Source: Candidatus Latescibacterota bacterium
Lineage (GTDB): Bacteria; Latescibacterota; UBA2968; UBA8231
Direction: 5' to 3'
Assembly: GCA_965200315.1 (NCBI GenBank)
Contig: OZ241362.1
Span: forward strand, 1,280,001 to 1,344,000
DNA length: 64,000 nucleotides
In this document: in pieces, positions 30,744-40,815 of the stretch
Layout: each line of letters starts with the position of its first letter
Position numbering within the stretch: position 1 is the stretch's first letter
The notes under the pieces: generated by a model
Databases searched by the model: none
Seen by the model: the letters and a program-made list of their open reading frames with translations, nothing else
Told to the model about the DNA's origin: nothing
Position numbers and translations under genes: made by a program

Positions 30744-31045
30744 ATTTCCACCAATCCACAAGACCCATCTTACGCCTCCAGATGATTTAGAATATGTGGA
30801 CACCTATATCGTAACTAAAGGTGATACTTACAATCTCCAAGTTTGGAATCGAAATCCAGCATCCGACTCTATCCAAGTTGAATACAATTCCGGTGAGACC
30901 TTATCGTCGAAGGATGTCCGATTCGTTTTTCTGCGTGTTGACCCACAGACTCAGACAATAAGCTCAATTCTCATCCTAACTCCAGAGTATATCGAGAATA
31001 GATTCGGACGCTTTGGCAAGCCGACGATTAAACACCAAATTATTA
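30727..31045 (+). pseudogene. AT-rich fragment, probably a type II restriction endonuclease
   Basis: Low GC; EYVDTYIVTKGDTYNLQVWNRNPASDS...FGKPTIKHQ; abuts a convergent MTase fragment; family call is from recollection only. Confidence 0.45.
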
Positions 31046-31175
31046 GTGTATTATCTGGCAGTGAGTTAGCTAAGGCGACTAGTAGTTCTCCAGCGCCACA
31101 GGCCGGATCCAAAACCCTTAGTTCAGGGAGCTGACGAAAATCCGCTTCGGCGACCAATCTCTCTGCGAGAAAGCT
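31045..31175 (-). pseudogene. N6-adenine DNA methyltransferase N-terminal fragment
   Basis: FLAERLVA...LRVLDPACGAGELLVAL is SAM-binding motif I; no NPPY motif and no proper start. Confidence 0.7.
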
Positions 31176-31246
31176 TGCGCCTCCTCTCCCACGCCCGTAC
31201 CTTGGCCGCCAACCGCCTTCCCCGCCCATGCAAGGAGTCTCCCAAG

Positions 31247-32482
31247 ATGAAAATCACCGACATCGAAGTCATCCCCATCTTTCCCAAGCTGGCCAGCCGC
31301 TACGCCGAGCGCCGCGTCGATCTCTACGGCATCGACTGCCGAGTCGTGTACAAAGTCCACACCGACGCCGGTATCACCGGCTACGGCGATATGCGGGTGC
31401 GGCCCTACGCCAAACCATCCCGCGACACCGTCGCCCAATTTATCGGCCTCAGCCCCTTTGACTTCATCAACGACCATCGCTCCGCCGTCCCCTCGGGCCT
31501 GCTCTGCGCCCTGTACGACGCAATGGGCAAACACCTCGACCTGCCCGTTCACAAACTCCTCGGCCAGAAAAAGCGCAACGCCATTGCCGTGGCCGCCTGG
31601 ACCCGACCCGCCTCTCCAGAGATCTTTCGCGACGAGATCAAACGCGCTGCCGCCGAGGGCTACCGCGTCTTCAAAATCCACACCTGCACCTACCACGACG
31701 TCTTCGAGCAGACTCGGCTAGCCACAGAAGTCGCCCCAGAGAGCTTCCGCATCCACTACGACTTCAACCACAACCGCAGCCTCGGCAGCGCCCTGCCGAT
31801 CATCGCCGAACTCGAAAGGAATTTCCCCATCGTCGGCTACATCGAAGACCCGTTCGACAAAAAGGACATCGACGGCTGGAAGCGCCTGCGCCAGCAGACC
31901 AGTCTACCGCTAATCATGCACGGTACGCCCTTGGGCGGGGTCCAAGAGCTGATCTACGGCCTCGCCGATATGTACATGATCGGCGGCACCCTCGAAGACA
32001 CCATGGCCGCCGGCTGGGCCTGTGGCCGGGCCAATGTGCAAGTTCTGCTGCAATTTGAAGGAGGTACTCTAGGCAAGGCTATGGCCATGCACCTGGCCTC
32101 GGTGCTGCCGACCCACACCGCCCACTCGATCAACCTCGACGACCAATACGCCGAAGACTACACCACCGAAACCATTCCCGTCGTCGATGGAGCTTCTCCT
32201 GTACCCAACGGACCGGGCTTGGGCTTTACAGTCGATGAGAACGCGCTGGAGCGGCTAGCGTCCCAATCGCTAGTCGAGCGTCCAACCCACATCGGCGTCT
32301 TGCAGATGCCCGGCGGGCACACGTACTACGGCCCGTCCTACATCTCCCCCACCAGCATTACCGGCCATCAGGAGGGCGTTGACCGCGGCTTCCGCTCCTC
32401 GATTTGGGAAGACGACGGATCGGCCGAATTCGCCAAAATCCACGACCGCGTCAAAAAGGAAGGCGTCTTGCGCGCCAACTGA
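31247..32482 (+). CDS. Mandelate racemase/muconate lactonizing enzyme family protein
   Basis: AAGGAG RBS; MKITDIEVIP, YDAMGKHLDLPVHKLLG, YIEDP, PNGPGLG. Confidence 0.85.
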   Translation: MKITDIEVIPIFPKLASRYAERRVDLYGIDCRVVYKVHTDAGITGYGDMRVRPYAKPSRDTVAQFIGLSPFDFINDHRSAVPSGLLCALYDAMGKHLDLPVHKLLGQKKRNAIAVAAWTRPASPEIFRDEIKRAAAEGYRVFKIHTCTYHDVFEQTRLATEVAPESFRIHYDFNHNRSLGSALPIIAELERNFPIVGYIEDPFDKKDIDGWKRLRQQTSLPLIMHGTPLGGVQELIYGLADMYMIGGTLEDTMAAGWACGRANVQVLLQFEGGTLGKAMAMHLASVLPTHTAHSINLDDQYAEDYTTETIPVVDGASPVPNGPGLGFTVDENALERLASQSLVERPTHIGVLQMPGGHTYYGPSYISPTSITGHQEGVDRGFRSSIWEDDGSAEFAKIHDRVKKEGVLRAN

Positions 32483-32637
32483 CGCGGAGCATTGCAGACC
32501 CCAACCCCAAGATCGCCGCAATAATTTGCGCCTTCTCGGATAGCAATTGAATCGCTAAAAACTAGCAACATTATAAACCGCATAATTATCCTACATAATG
32601 GATGGTTATCGTCCGTCTAGTACCCAACGCACCGGAG

Positions 32638-33450
32638 TTAAACGTCCTGCACCCGCCGCCAGCGGTCATAGTATCCCTGCATCCGCGCGGGTAGCCCGGC
32701 CCGCACATTGTCGGCCAATTGCCAGCGGAAGCGCTCGTCGAGGGCTTCGCGCTGGTCTTCCTCGTGTTTGACTAACGCACCCGTCAAGGTCAGCCGCTCG
32801 GTCGCGCCAGCGGGCAGGCGGCCCCGGTGAACGGTATTGCCGGTCCAGAAAATGGTCTGCCCCTTTTGCAGCACTATTTGTTGGGCATTGGGCACGTCGC
32901 CTTTGCGGTTGTTGATCAACACTTCGCGCTCCTGCTCGGTGCGGTAGCGGCGCTGGCTGCCCGGCACCAGCCACAGACAGGCGTCGTCGGCCAAGGCCAA
33001 GTGCCACTTGACCAGACTCTTGCGGTAGCGGCTCAGAATCTCCAGCTCCACCTCCCGGCTGCCGTCGCGCTCCTCTTGGCCAAAGTCGCGGTGCCAACCC
33101 GTGTCGTAGTCCGTCGGGCCACACAGGACAATCAGCCCCACCCAGCCCAAGCGCAACGGGCCGCCCACCAAGGCATGCACGTAGGTCTCCACCGGCTCGG
33201 ACATGAGGTATTCGGCAAAGATCGGCTCGCCAAACTCGGGGGCGATCAAGCCCAAGATGTGGCGCGGTTCCACGCCCGGGCCGCCGGTGCTGATCCGCTC
33301 GGGCGCAACCACCACTGCGCCGGAGCGCACCTTTTCCACTGCGCGCCGCGCCCCGGCTTCCAAGGCCGCTAGCATGTCCGGGGCGACCGCGTCGTCGGCG
33401 ATGAAATAACCCTGCTCGCGATATTGCTCAACCTGCCCTAGCGTCGCCAT
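32638..33450 (-). CDS. PhyH family dioxygenase
   Basis: QYREQGY, GWHRD, LWLVPGSQRR, VHRG. Confidence 0.8.
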   Translation of the reverse strand: MATLGQVEQYREQGYFIADDAVAPDMLAALEAGARRAVEKVRSGAVVVAPERISTGGPGVEPRHILGLIAPEFGEPIFAEYLMSEPVETYVHALVGGPLRLGWVGLIVLCGPTDYDTGWHRDFGQEERDGSREVELEILSRYRKSLVKWHLALADDACLWLVPGSQRRYRTEQEREVLINNRKGDVPNAQQIVLQKGQTIFWTGNTVHRGRLPAGATERLTLTGALVKHEEDQREALDERFRWQLADNVRAGLPARMQGYYDRWRRVQDV

Positions 33451-33468
33451 GCAACCCTCCCGTCGCTC

Positions 33469-34380
33469 TTAGGGCCGATACGGCTCGCCTGTGCGCCGCA
33501 GTTTCTTGGTCACCGCAATCTGACAGGTCGCGTACCCACCCATATAGCCAGTGGCAAAGCCCGGGCGGGCGTCCCCAATGGTGCCGACGATCATGTTGGC
33601 GTATTCGTACGTGGTGTCGTAGCGGTCGCAAATCAGGGCCACCATTTCGAGCCACGCCGCTTTGAGCGCGTCACCCCACTCTTCCGCACGCGCGCTGGTG
33701 AGATATTCCTCGGCGTCTTCCACAACCCTAGTGGTCTCGACCACCGGGCTGCTGTTGGGGAACCCGGGCGAGCGATCCACCTTGAGCGTGATGGCCGAGT
33801 CAATTTCGACCCCAGCCCCAGTCAACTCGCCGTCGCCCATGCGCGCGTGGACATCGCCCAGCGAGAGCAGCCCCCCGGGCTTTTGTGCGCGGATGTGGAC
33901 GGTGCTGCCGGGCTGGATGGCATTGAAATCCATGTTGCCGCCGTGATCTATGGCGTTGGGTGCCCACGATTCGAGCTGGACGACCCCGATCATGGGCCGC
34001 ACCGGCACCACAAAATCCGGCGGAAAGTGGATCAGCCCGTCGCGCACCGGCGCCACGCAGCGCCAATTGCCCCAATTGGGACCGCCGTTGCGATAGAAGC
34101 CGTAAGGGCCGACCTCGATATCGATGATCTCAATGGCCACCCAATCGTCCGGCTCAATGCCCTCGATGAGAAAGGGGCCGCCGGGGCGGGCGTAGCGGCG
34201 ATGGCTCTCCCCAGAAGTAATCATGCCGGCGCGGGTCTCCCCGGCTGCTTCAAAGTCGTTGTCCGCGCCGCCAATGGTCTCGATGACGACGGTTTCTCCG
34301 AGTGCCAAAGTGCCGCGCACTTGGCCGATTTGCGGGTCGTCCGGCCCGCTGTAATGGGGGGTGCGAGTAAAGCGATTCAT
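33469..34380 (-). CDS. Acetamidase/formamidase family protein
   Basis: RPMIGVV, HGGNMD, GLLSLGDVHARMGDGELTG.GVEI. Confidence 0.85.
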   Translation of the reverse strand: MNRFTRTPHYSGPDDPQIGQVRGTLALGETVVIETIGGADNDFEAAGETRAGMITSGESHRRYARPGGPFLIEGIEPDDWVAIEIIDIEVGPYGFYRNGGPNWGNWRCVAPVRDGLIHFPPDFVVPVRPMIGVVQLESWAPNAIDHGGNMDFNAIQPGSTVHIRAQKPGGLLSLGDVHARMGDGELTGAGVEIDSAITLKVDRSPGFPNSSPVVETTRVVEDAEEYLTSARAEEWGDALKAAWLEMVALICDRYDTTYEYANMIVGTIGDARPGFATGYMGGYATCQIAVTKKLRRTGEPYRP

Positions 34381-34412
34381 AAGCGTTCTCCTTTTCTTGT
34401 GATGTTAAAATC

Positions 34413-35252
34413 CTAGCGTCCTTCGGCAAACGGAAAGGTCCCGTTGTACCCGAGCGCGGCAATGGCCGGCAGCGGCGAGCTGACAAAGGGAATCCCCGGG
34501 AACATGGGCGTCTGCTGGTAGTGCAGCACCACGTTGCAGCGAATGGGCGCGTCGGCATCTTCCTTTAGCTTCGCGCCCTGGTGAGGGATATGACTGAAGA
34601 ACACCACCGCGTCGCCGGTCATGGGGTGCAGATGGATGAGCTCCTGCCGCTCGCACCACTGGTAAAAGGGGTTATCGGAATTGTACCCGCCTAGATGGCG
34701 AATTTCTTCCGGCAGGGCGTTGTGGCAAAAGTTGTTGATGAAGGTCAAGCGCCCGGTCTCCGGCGCGTTGTCCGTCAGGTAAAACGTGGTATTTATGCAG
34801 AGCGGTCGCAGCGCGTGCCGCGCCTCGTCGGGCGCGTCCCAATAATAGCCAAAGTCCTTGTGCCACTCTTGGGTATAAGCGCCCGGATTGATGTGCGCCC
34901 GAAAGCTCCGCAACTGGCATTGCCGGCCGAGCATGGCCTGCAAATACGGCGCGACCGAGGGGTGGCCGACCAAGGGCCGCGCCAGCTCGGATTCCTGCTC
35001 CAACAGGTGGTCAAAAGCCACATTGCCGACCTCGTTGCTAATGTCCCATTCTTCGCGCTCGTACTTCCGCACCAAGCACGCCCGCCACGCCAGCACCGTT
35101 TCCTCGTCCAGTGCATTCCGCACCAAGAGAAAGCCGTGTCGGTCGAGCGCGTCGAGTTGGGCGGCGAAGTCGGGGATTTGGGCGGTATCGGCGATGATTT
35201 CGCTCATCATTCGCTCCTCGTTTGCTGTTTCATAGTGAGTGATTTTCGTCAT
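34413..35252 (-). CDS. PhyH family dioxygenase
   Basis: LDRHGFLLVRNAL, EWHKD, FYLTD, GDAVVF..HIPHQG. Confidence 0.8.
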   Translation of the reverse strand: MTKITHYETANEERMMSEIIADTAQIPDFAAQLDALDRHGFLLVRNALDEETVLAWRACLVRKYEREEWDISNEVGNVAFDHLLEQESELARPLVGHPSVAPYLQAMLGRQCQLRSFRAHINPGAYTQEWHKDFGYYWDAPDEARHALRPLCINTTFYLTDNAPETGRLTFINNFCHNALPEEIRHLGGYNSDNPFYQWCERQELIHLHPMTGDAVVFFSHIPHQGAKLKEDADAPIRCNVVLHYQQTPMFPGIPFVSSPLPAIAALGYNGTFPFAEGR

Positions 35253-35254
35253 AA

Positions 35255-35418
35255 ATTTCCTGTAGCTTCCGCACCGGGCGAACGCCTCGTGGAGGGCCTT
35301 CTCAAACTCGTCGATTCTCTCGTCTTCAACCTCGACTGCGATGTCGCACCTTCGTCTCTATATCCCTTGCGTCTTGCCGATCTTGCCGAGGCCGGGTAAG
35401 GACGTAAATGATGGACAT
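35255..35418 (-). pseudogene. T5orf172/GIY-YIG-like nuclease relic
   Basis: Successive frames read MSIIYVLT / PGLGKIGKT / RDIETK / CDIAVEVEDERIDEFEKALHEAF, matching T5orf172 motifs separated by small deletions. Confidence 0.65.
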
Positions 35419-35468
35419 CGCGTCACCGCCATAGTTGTCGTTTGTCGTTCTTGCGCTGCTACCCGACG

Positions 35469-36182
35469 CTAGGTTCTCCGCGCAAAATACCGCTCCCAGC
35501 GCTCGGTCGGCTCAAAGCCCAAGATGCGCCGCGCCTTATCCACATTGTACTTGCCGTGCCCCTCCCAGCTAAGCAAGTTGAATTCCTGAAAGCAGTCCGG
35601 CACCTGTGGAATTTCCAACGCCAGCCGACACGCCTGCTGCAAATCCTCCCACACCACCGTAAACGGCGGAAAGTCGCCCACCTGTTGAGTCGTCGGGCGC
35701 GGCCCCAAGCCATTGAAGACAAAACTGATCGTCTGAATGCGATATGCCCGCGCGTACGCCCGGCAAATCTCGCTCGCCAAGCCCTTGGTCAGGCAGTAAT
35801 AGCCCGTAGTCAAAACCGGCGGCACATCCGCAATGTCAAAGTCGTGGTCATACGTGCGGCGGACGAACTGCGGGCCGGTGTGAATCACCTTTTTGATCTC
35901 GTGCTCAGCCGCGGCCTGCATCACATTGAGCGCCCCGCGCATGTTGACGTGAAAGCTCTGCTCGGGATGATCGCGTACGACCGTGAAATTCATGATCGCA
36001 TCCATGCCCGCAGCCGCGGCCCGCACCTGCTCCCGCGACGACACATCGCAATGCACGATGGGCTTGCCGTCCGGGTGCGGAGTAATATCGGCCAGCGTCA
36101 GATCGTACGTATCTTCGAGACCGGGCAGCAGATTGGGGGCGATCATCCCCGAGGACCCTAACAGCAATACCTTTTTCTTCAC
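35469..36182 (-). CDS. NAD-dependent epimerase/dehydratase (uronate dehydrogenase-like)
   Basis: VLLLGSSGMIA, VNMRGALNVMQAA, YCLTK. Confidence 0.8.
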   Translation of the reverse strand: MKKKVLLLGSSGMIAPNLLPGLEDTYDLTLADITPHPDGKPIVHCDVSSREQVRAAAAGMDAIMNFTVVRDHPEQSFHVNMRGALNVMQAAAEHEIKKVIHTGPQFVRRTYDHDFDIADVPPVLTTGYYCLTKGLASEICRAYARAYRIQTISFVFNGLGPRPTTQQVGDFPPFTVVWEDLQQACRLALEIPQVPDCFQEFNLLSWEGHGKYNVDKARRILGFEPTERWERYFARRT

Positions 36183-36901
36183 GCCTTGGCTCCGCGAAAT
36201 TCGCGCTGCGGCCGATAACCCATGGACTTAGCTTGGTTGAGCAAAAACTTGGGATGGGCAAGAGGCGCGGCAATGTGGTACACGGCCCAGCGCGGCACCC
36301 AATCCAAAGACGCGCTCGCGTCTCGCGCCAACGCCGCGCAAAACGCCTGCGCCGCATCCCGAATATCGACCCACATCAAATCGCGTTCCAGCCCGGCGAC
36401 CTCCTCCTCCCTCACCAGCTTGCCGAGGCGCAACGCCGTAGCTGTGATGGGGTACTCGCGCACAAATTCGCGGCACGTCAGCTCGCCCAAATACCGAGCC
36501 AAAGGCACCAAGTCCGGCGGCGGCAGCGGCTTGTACAGCTCGGTGATATACACTGTGTCGGGGTATGCGCGAAACACTTCCAGCGTACTGCCGTACACAA
36601 ACCGCTTGACGCCGGCCGCCACGGCCGCCTGCAACAGCACGTGCGTACCGCGCGTCGCCCGGTCGAGCAGGACCTCCTCGCTTGCGGCCGGCGGCGGTTC
36701 GCCCGTGTGGACGACGGCATCCACGCCGCGCACGGCCTGCCGCACCGCGTCCGCATCGACCAAGCAGCCCGCCACCCACTCGCCAGCACACCGCTCGGCC
36801 GGGCAGTCGTCGAATAAGCGCAACTCCATATCGGCCGCTGTTAAAGTCGCAGCCACCGCCTGGCCCAATGCACTCGCCGCACCCGTAATCAGTACGCTCA
36901 A
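36179..36901 (-). CDS. NAD-dependent epimerase/dehydratase family protein
   Basis: Likely TTG start MSVLITGAASALG; GVDAVVH, GVKRFVYGST; the longer ORF-track N-terminus is probably spurious. Confidence 0.75.
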   Translation of the reverse strand: MSVLITGAASALGQAVAATLTAADMELRLFDDCPAERCAGEWVAGCLVDADAVRQAVRGVDAVVHTGEPPPAASEEVLLDRATRGTHVLLQAAVAAGVKRFVYGSTLEVFRAYPDTVYITELYKPLPPPDLVPLARYLGELTCREFVREYPITATALRLGKLVREEEVAGLERDLMWVDIRDAAQAFCAALARDASASLDWVPRWAVYHIAAPLAHPKFLLNQAKSMGYRPQREFRGAKA

Positions 36902-37086
36902 TTCTCGACGCGCTTCCAGCCGCTGGCGTGTTGCAGGGTCAAGATGTGCTGAAAGCCGGGCGGGCTGACGGCGTGTTCGCTGCGGGCCCGGCCGCCTTGG
37001 TAATGCGCCTCGGTGATGCTCCAGCCTTCGGCGAGTAGCGGTCCAGCCGCCAGCAGAAAACATATTCTGGTGCGGGGCTTGGTCAT
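36898..37086 (-). CDS. Small hypothetical protein or truncated gene
   Basis: 62-aa ORF with AAGGAG RBS; stop overlaps next start; no recognised motif. Confidence 0.3.
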   Translation of the reverse strand: MTKPRTRICFLLAAGPLLAEGWSITEAHYQGGRARSEHAVSPPGFQHILTLQHASGWKRVEN

Positions 37087-37221
37087 CGTCTAATCTCCTT
37101 GCGCGGTGGTAGGTTGTGGTCCGTCCGGTTGGGAAGTCAGTCGGTGGGTCCAACGTCCGCTGTTTAGGGAGCGCGCAACGTGTTGCTGATAATCGCCAAC
37201 AGCGGCGGGCCGTATGCAGCT

Positions 37222-38352
37222 TTAGCGGAACCAATCGTACATCAGCGCCAAGCTGCGGTCGGCCAGCGGCAATTCCACGCGCTCGCCGCCCCGCGCTGCC
37301 GACAGCTTCAGCCCCAGCTCCACTTCCAGCGCAACAGCGACCCGCCGCCCGGAATTTTTCGGCTCGTCCAACCGCCCCTCCATGCAGGCGATCAGGTCGT
37401 CGAGGCAGTACACAGTCCGCATACCCGACAAAAACTGCGGCGCGGGCCACGGCATTTCCACCCGCCCGGCCGCCGGCGTCTCCACGTCTTGACAGAGCCG
37501 CCACTGATTGCGATCAAAGACCATCTCCCCCCGGCTCCCCGAAATCCGCACCTCGGGCGCACCAGCGCGGATGTGGACCACCAAGCCATCGCTACACGCG
37601 ATCATTCCCTGCCCCATGAACTCGGTGCTGCCGCGCTCCCGACGCGGCTGATCACCCGTGCCGCACACCCAAACCGGGTCGCCAGGCAAAAAATAGCTCC
37701 AGTCCTGATGCTGAGCGAGAACCGGGACGCGCGCTTCAAGCGACTGCACCTTGCCAATCGCCCCCTTCTGCACCAGCGACTTAGCCCGCGCAAACGACGG
37801 ATGCGAAACGCTCGTCGCCCCGCCCACCAGCGGCACCCCGGCCTCGGCGCACGCGCCGACCATGGAGTCGGCTTCGGCCAGCGAGAACACCATAGGCTTA
37901 TCGACCAACACGCCCCGCACCCCAGCGGCGACCGCCGCCATCGTCAGTGCAGACCGCCCCTTGGTGTTCGTCGCAATCGCCACGATGTCCAGCCGTTCTT
38001 CGTCCAGCATCGCCAGCGCATCCGCGTACAAGGCTTCAATGCCATAGCACTCTCCGAACATGGCCCGCCGCCGCGGATCCCGGTCGGCCCCAGCCACCAA
38101 TTCCACTTCGGGCCGGTCGAAAAAAGCCGCAGCATACGAAGTAGCCAGCCCCTCCCGCCCGGGGTGATCGTAGAGGTGAAACGTCCGCTTGACATCGAGC
38201 CCGTCCGGCAGGGGCCGGTCGGCACTTTCGACATCGTATATCGGTGCCTGATACGACCCGCCAATGCGCTCGTAATCCCGCTTCCCCAAGTCGTAGAGAA
38301 ACCCCATCCACCCCAAGCCGATGATGCCGGCGCGATATTTTTGTCGTTCCAT
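37222..38352 (-). CDS. Gfo/Idh/MocA family oxidoreductase
   Basis: RAGIIGLGWMG, LDIVAIAT, VLVDKPM. Confidence 0.85.
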   Translation of the reverse strand: MERQKYRAGIIGLGWMGFLYDLGKRDYERIGGSYQAPIYDVESADRPLPDGLDVKRTFHLYDHPGREGLATSYAAAFFDRPEVELVAGADRDPRRRAMFGECYGIEALYADALAMLDEERLDIVAIATNTKGRSALTMAAVAAGVRGVLVDKPMVFSLAEADSMVGACAEAGVPLVGGATSVSHPSFARAKSLVQKGAIGKVQSLEARVPVLAQHQDWSYFLPGDPVWVCGTGDQPRRERGSTEFMGQGMIACSDGLVVHIRAGAPEVRISGSRGEMVFDRNQWRLCQDVETPAAGRVEMPWPAPQFLSGMRTVYCLDDLIACMEGRLDEPKNSGRRVAVALEVELGLKLSAARGGERVELPLADRSLALMYDWFR

Positions 38353-38355
38353 GGT

Positions 38356-39321
38356 CTAACCCCCTCGTCCCGCTCGTCGCCTGCTCGCTACGCGGCGGAT
38401 CAACTCGTCGGCAATCACTCCCGCCAAAATCACCGCGCCGATAATGGCAAACTCGAGTTGGGTGGGAATGCCCGAAACATTGATGGCATTGTAGAGCAAC
38501 CGCATGACGGCTGCGCCAATGACGACCCCCAAAATCGACCCTTCGCCGCCGCGCAGCGAACAGCCCCCCAACACGGCTGCGGCAATAGCGTACAGCTCGT
38601 AGAAATTGCCGTGCGCGGCCGGTTGCACTGAGTTGACATCGAGGGCGAAAAGGATGCCGCCCAAGCCAGCGGTGCCCGAGCATAAGACGTACGCCAGCAC
38701 TTTCATCCGCTCAATTTGGATCCCGCTGTAGCGCGCCGCGGTCTCGTTGCGGCCCAGTGCCAACAGGTAGCGGCCCCATATCGTGCGGTTGAGGAAGAGG
38801 GCGGCGAGGCCCCCGGCAAGCACTAAGAGAAAAAACGGAATCGGCAGCGCAAAACCGCCCAGCGCGACCTTGCCAATCGCCAGTTGACGCAGGCCCTCAT
38901 AGGACGAGCCAAAGCCTTGGACTTGGTCGTGGGTAAGCCAGCGGGCAAAGCCGCGGTAGAACAGCAGCCCACACAGCGTGACGACAAACGGCTGCAGCCC
39001 CAAGCGCGTAATCAGCAAGCCGTGCATCAACCCAATGGCCAGCGACAAAACCACTACGGCCAGCAGCGCAATGACAGGCGGATAGCCAGCGGCCAAGAGC
39101 ATGGGCAGCAGACACCCCACCAAGCCGATCAACGAGCCGATTGACAAGTCAATACCGCCCGTGATGATAACAAAGGCCACGCCAATGGAAATGATGCCAA
39201 ACAGCGAGGTCCAGCGGATGATGTTTTGCAGGTTATAGGCGCTGACGAACTTGGGTTCGACAATCCAAGTGACCACAAAAACCGCCAGCAACAAACCGAG
39301 GATACCCACTATTTTCTTCAT
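38356..39321 (-). CDS. Sugar ABC transporter permease (RbsC-like)
   Basis: GGIDLSIGS, GRNETAARYSGI, YELYAIAAAVLGGCSLRGGEG. Confidence 0.92.
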   Translation of the reverse strand: MKKIVGILGLLLAVFVVTWIVEPKFVSAYNLQNIIRWTSLFGIISIGVAFVIITGGIDLSIGSLIGLVGCLLPMLLAAGYPPVIALLAVVVLSLAIGLMHGLLITRLGLQPFVVTLCGLLFYRGFARWLTHDQVQGFGSSYEGLRQLAIGKVALGGFALPIPFFLLVLAGGLAALFLNRTIWGRYLLALGRNETAARYSGIQIERMKVLAYVLCSGTAGLGGILFALDVNSVQPAAHGNFYELYAIAAAVLGGCSLRGGEGSILGVVIGAAVMRLLYNAINVSGIPTQLEFAIIGAVILAGVIADELIRRVASRRRAGRGG

Positions 39322-39324
39322 GCT

Positions 39325-40815
39325 CTAAGCCGCCTTCCCCGTCGCTAAGCTCATAATCGCTTCCTCGCTGAGCGCATCCCTCTGGAGTTGACCAGTAATG
39401 CGGCCCTCGTGCATGACTAACACCGCATCGGCCATCCCCAGAATTTCCTCTAACTCACTCGACGCAAACAGCACGGCCACGCCGCTGGCGGCCAACTCTT
39501 CCATCAGACGGTAAATCGCTTGTTTGGCCCCCACGTCGATGCCGCGGGTTGGTTCGTCGAGCAGCAACACGCGGGGCGCGAGCGCCAGCCACTTGCCCAG
39601 CACCACCTTTTGCTGATTGCCGCCGGATAGGTACTGGACGATTTGGGTCGGGCCGGGTGTGCGGATGGCGAGGCGATCTATCATCTGATCGGCGTCCGCA
39701 GCTTGTCGGGCAAAATTGACCCAACCGGCAACGCGCTGATAGCGCCCCAAGCCGGGCAGGCCGATGTTGTCGCGCAAGGCCATTTCGAGAATCAGGCCCT
39801 GTTGCTTGCGGTCTTCGGGCACGAGGGCCAAGCCAGCGCGAATGGCATCGACCGGCGAGCGAATCACGTGCGGTGCGCCGTTGATGAGGACGCGGCCGGC
39901 GAGCGCAGGGACGAGGCCAAAGAGCACCTGCAACAGCTCGGTGCGCCCTGCGCCGACGAGACCGGCAATGCCGACGAGTTGACCGCGCCGCACCGCGAAG
40001 TTGAGCCGGTGCTCGGGCCAAGCAGGAAGGACCAAATCCTCGGCTTGGAGGGCGATGTCGCCGGCCGGCTGGGGTTGGTGCGCGTAGTATTGGGCCACAT
40101 CGCGGCCGACCATCTTCGCCACCATAGCATCGTGGCTAATCTCCGTGCGGGTCAGCTCACCGGCGTTTTGCCCGTCGCAGAGGACCAAGACGCGGTCCGC
40201 TAGCGCTTCGACCTCGCCGAGGCGGTGGGAGATATAGACGATGGCCACGCCGCGCTCGCGCAGTTCGTTAATAACCGCGAATAGAGCCTCGGCCTCTTGG
40301 TTGGTGAGGCTGGAGGTCGGCTCGTCCATAATCAGCACTCGTGCCTCGGTCGCCAGCGCCTTGGCGATTTCGACGAGCTGCTGATGGCCAATGGGCAAGT
40401 CGCCCATCAGGGCGTCCGGCGATACCTCAAGCTCAAGTTGCGCGAGGGCTTGGACCGCCCCTTCGCGAATGGCGGCGCGGTCGATCAGCCCCCAATTTTG
40501 CGGCTCGCGGCCGAGATAGAGATTGGCAGCGACCGAGAGGTTGGCGCAAAAGTTGAGTTCTTGGTGGATCAGGGCGATGCCGAGCTCAGCGGCGCGGCGC
40601 GGCGAGTCGATAATCACCGCCACTCCATCGCGCACAATCTGGCCGCTGTCTGGGGTCTCAATACCGGCGAGGATTTTCATCAGGGTGGATTTGCCAGCCC
40701 CGTTTTCGCCGATGACGGCGAGGACTTCTCCAGCCTCCACCGCCATATCCACCGCGTCGAGCGCAAGAACCCCCGGAAAACGCTTGCTAATGCCGCGGGC
40801 AGCCAACAGGGCCAT
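39325..40815 (-). CDS. Sugar ABC transporter ATP-binding protein (RbsA-like)
   Basis: GENGAGKST, MDEPT, LSGGNQQKV; ATG overlaps upstream TAA. Confidence 0.92.
   Translation of the reverse strand: MALLAARGISKRFPGVLALDAVDMAVEAGEVLAVIGENGAGKSTLMKILAGIETPDSGQIVRDGVAVIIDSPRRAAELGIALIHQELNFCANLSVAANLYLGREPQNWGLIDRAAIREGAVQALAQLELEVSPDALMGDLPIGHQQLVEIAKALATEARVLIMDEPTSSLTNQEAEALFAVINELRERGVAIVYISHRLGEVEALADRVLVLCDGQNAGELTRTEISHDAMVAKMVGRDVAQYYAHQPQPAGDIALQAEDLVLPAWPEHRLNFAVRRGQLVGIAGLVGAGRTELLQVLFGLVPALAGRVLINGAPHVIRSPVDAIRAGLALVPEDRKQQGLILEMALRDNIGLPGLGRYQRVAGWVNFARQAADADQMIDRLAIRTPGPTQIVQYLSGGNQQKVVLGKWLALAPRVLLLDEPTRGIDVGAKQAIYRLMEELAASGVAVLFASSELEEILGMADAVLVMHEGRITGQLQRDALSEEAIMSLATGKAA

Noticed and set aside
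32483-32637. AT-rich spacer with short minus-strand ORF (MRFIMLLVF...)
   Set aside because: Possibly another relic, but no family could be recognised
36901-37504. N-terminal extension of the 441-aa ORF
   Set aside because: Arg/Ala/Gly-rich read-through overlapping the Gfo gene; the Rossmann motif begins at ~36901
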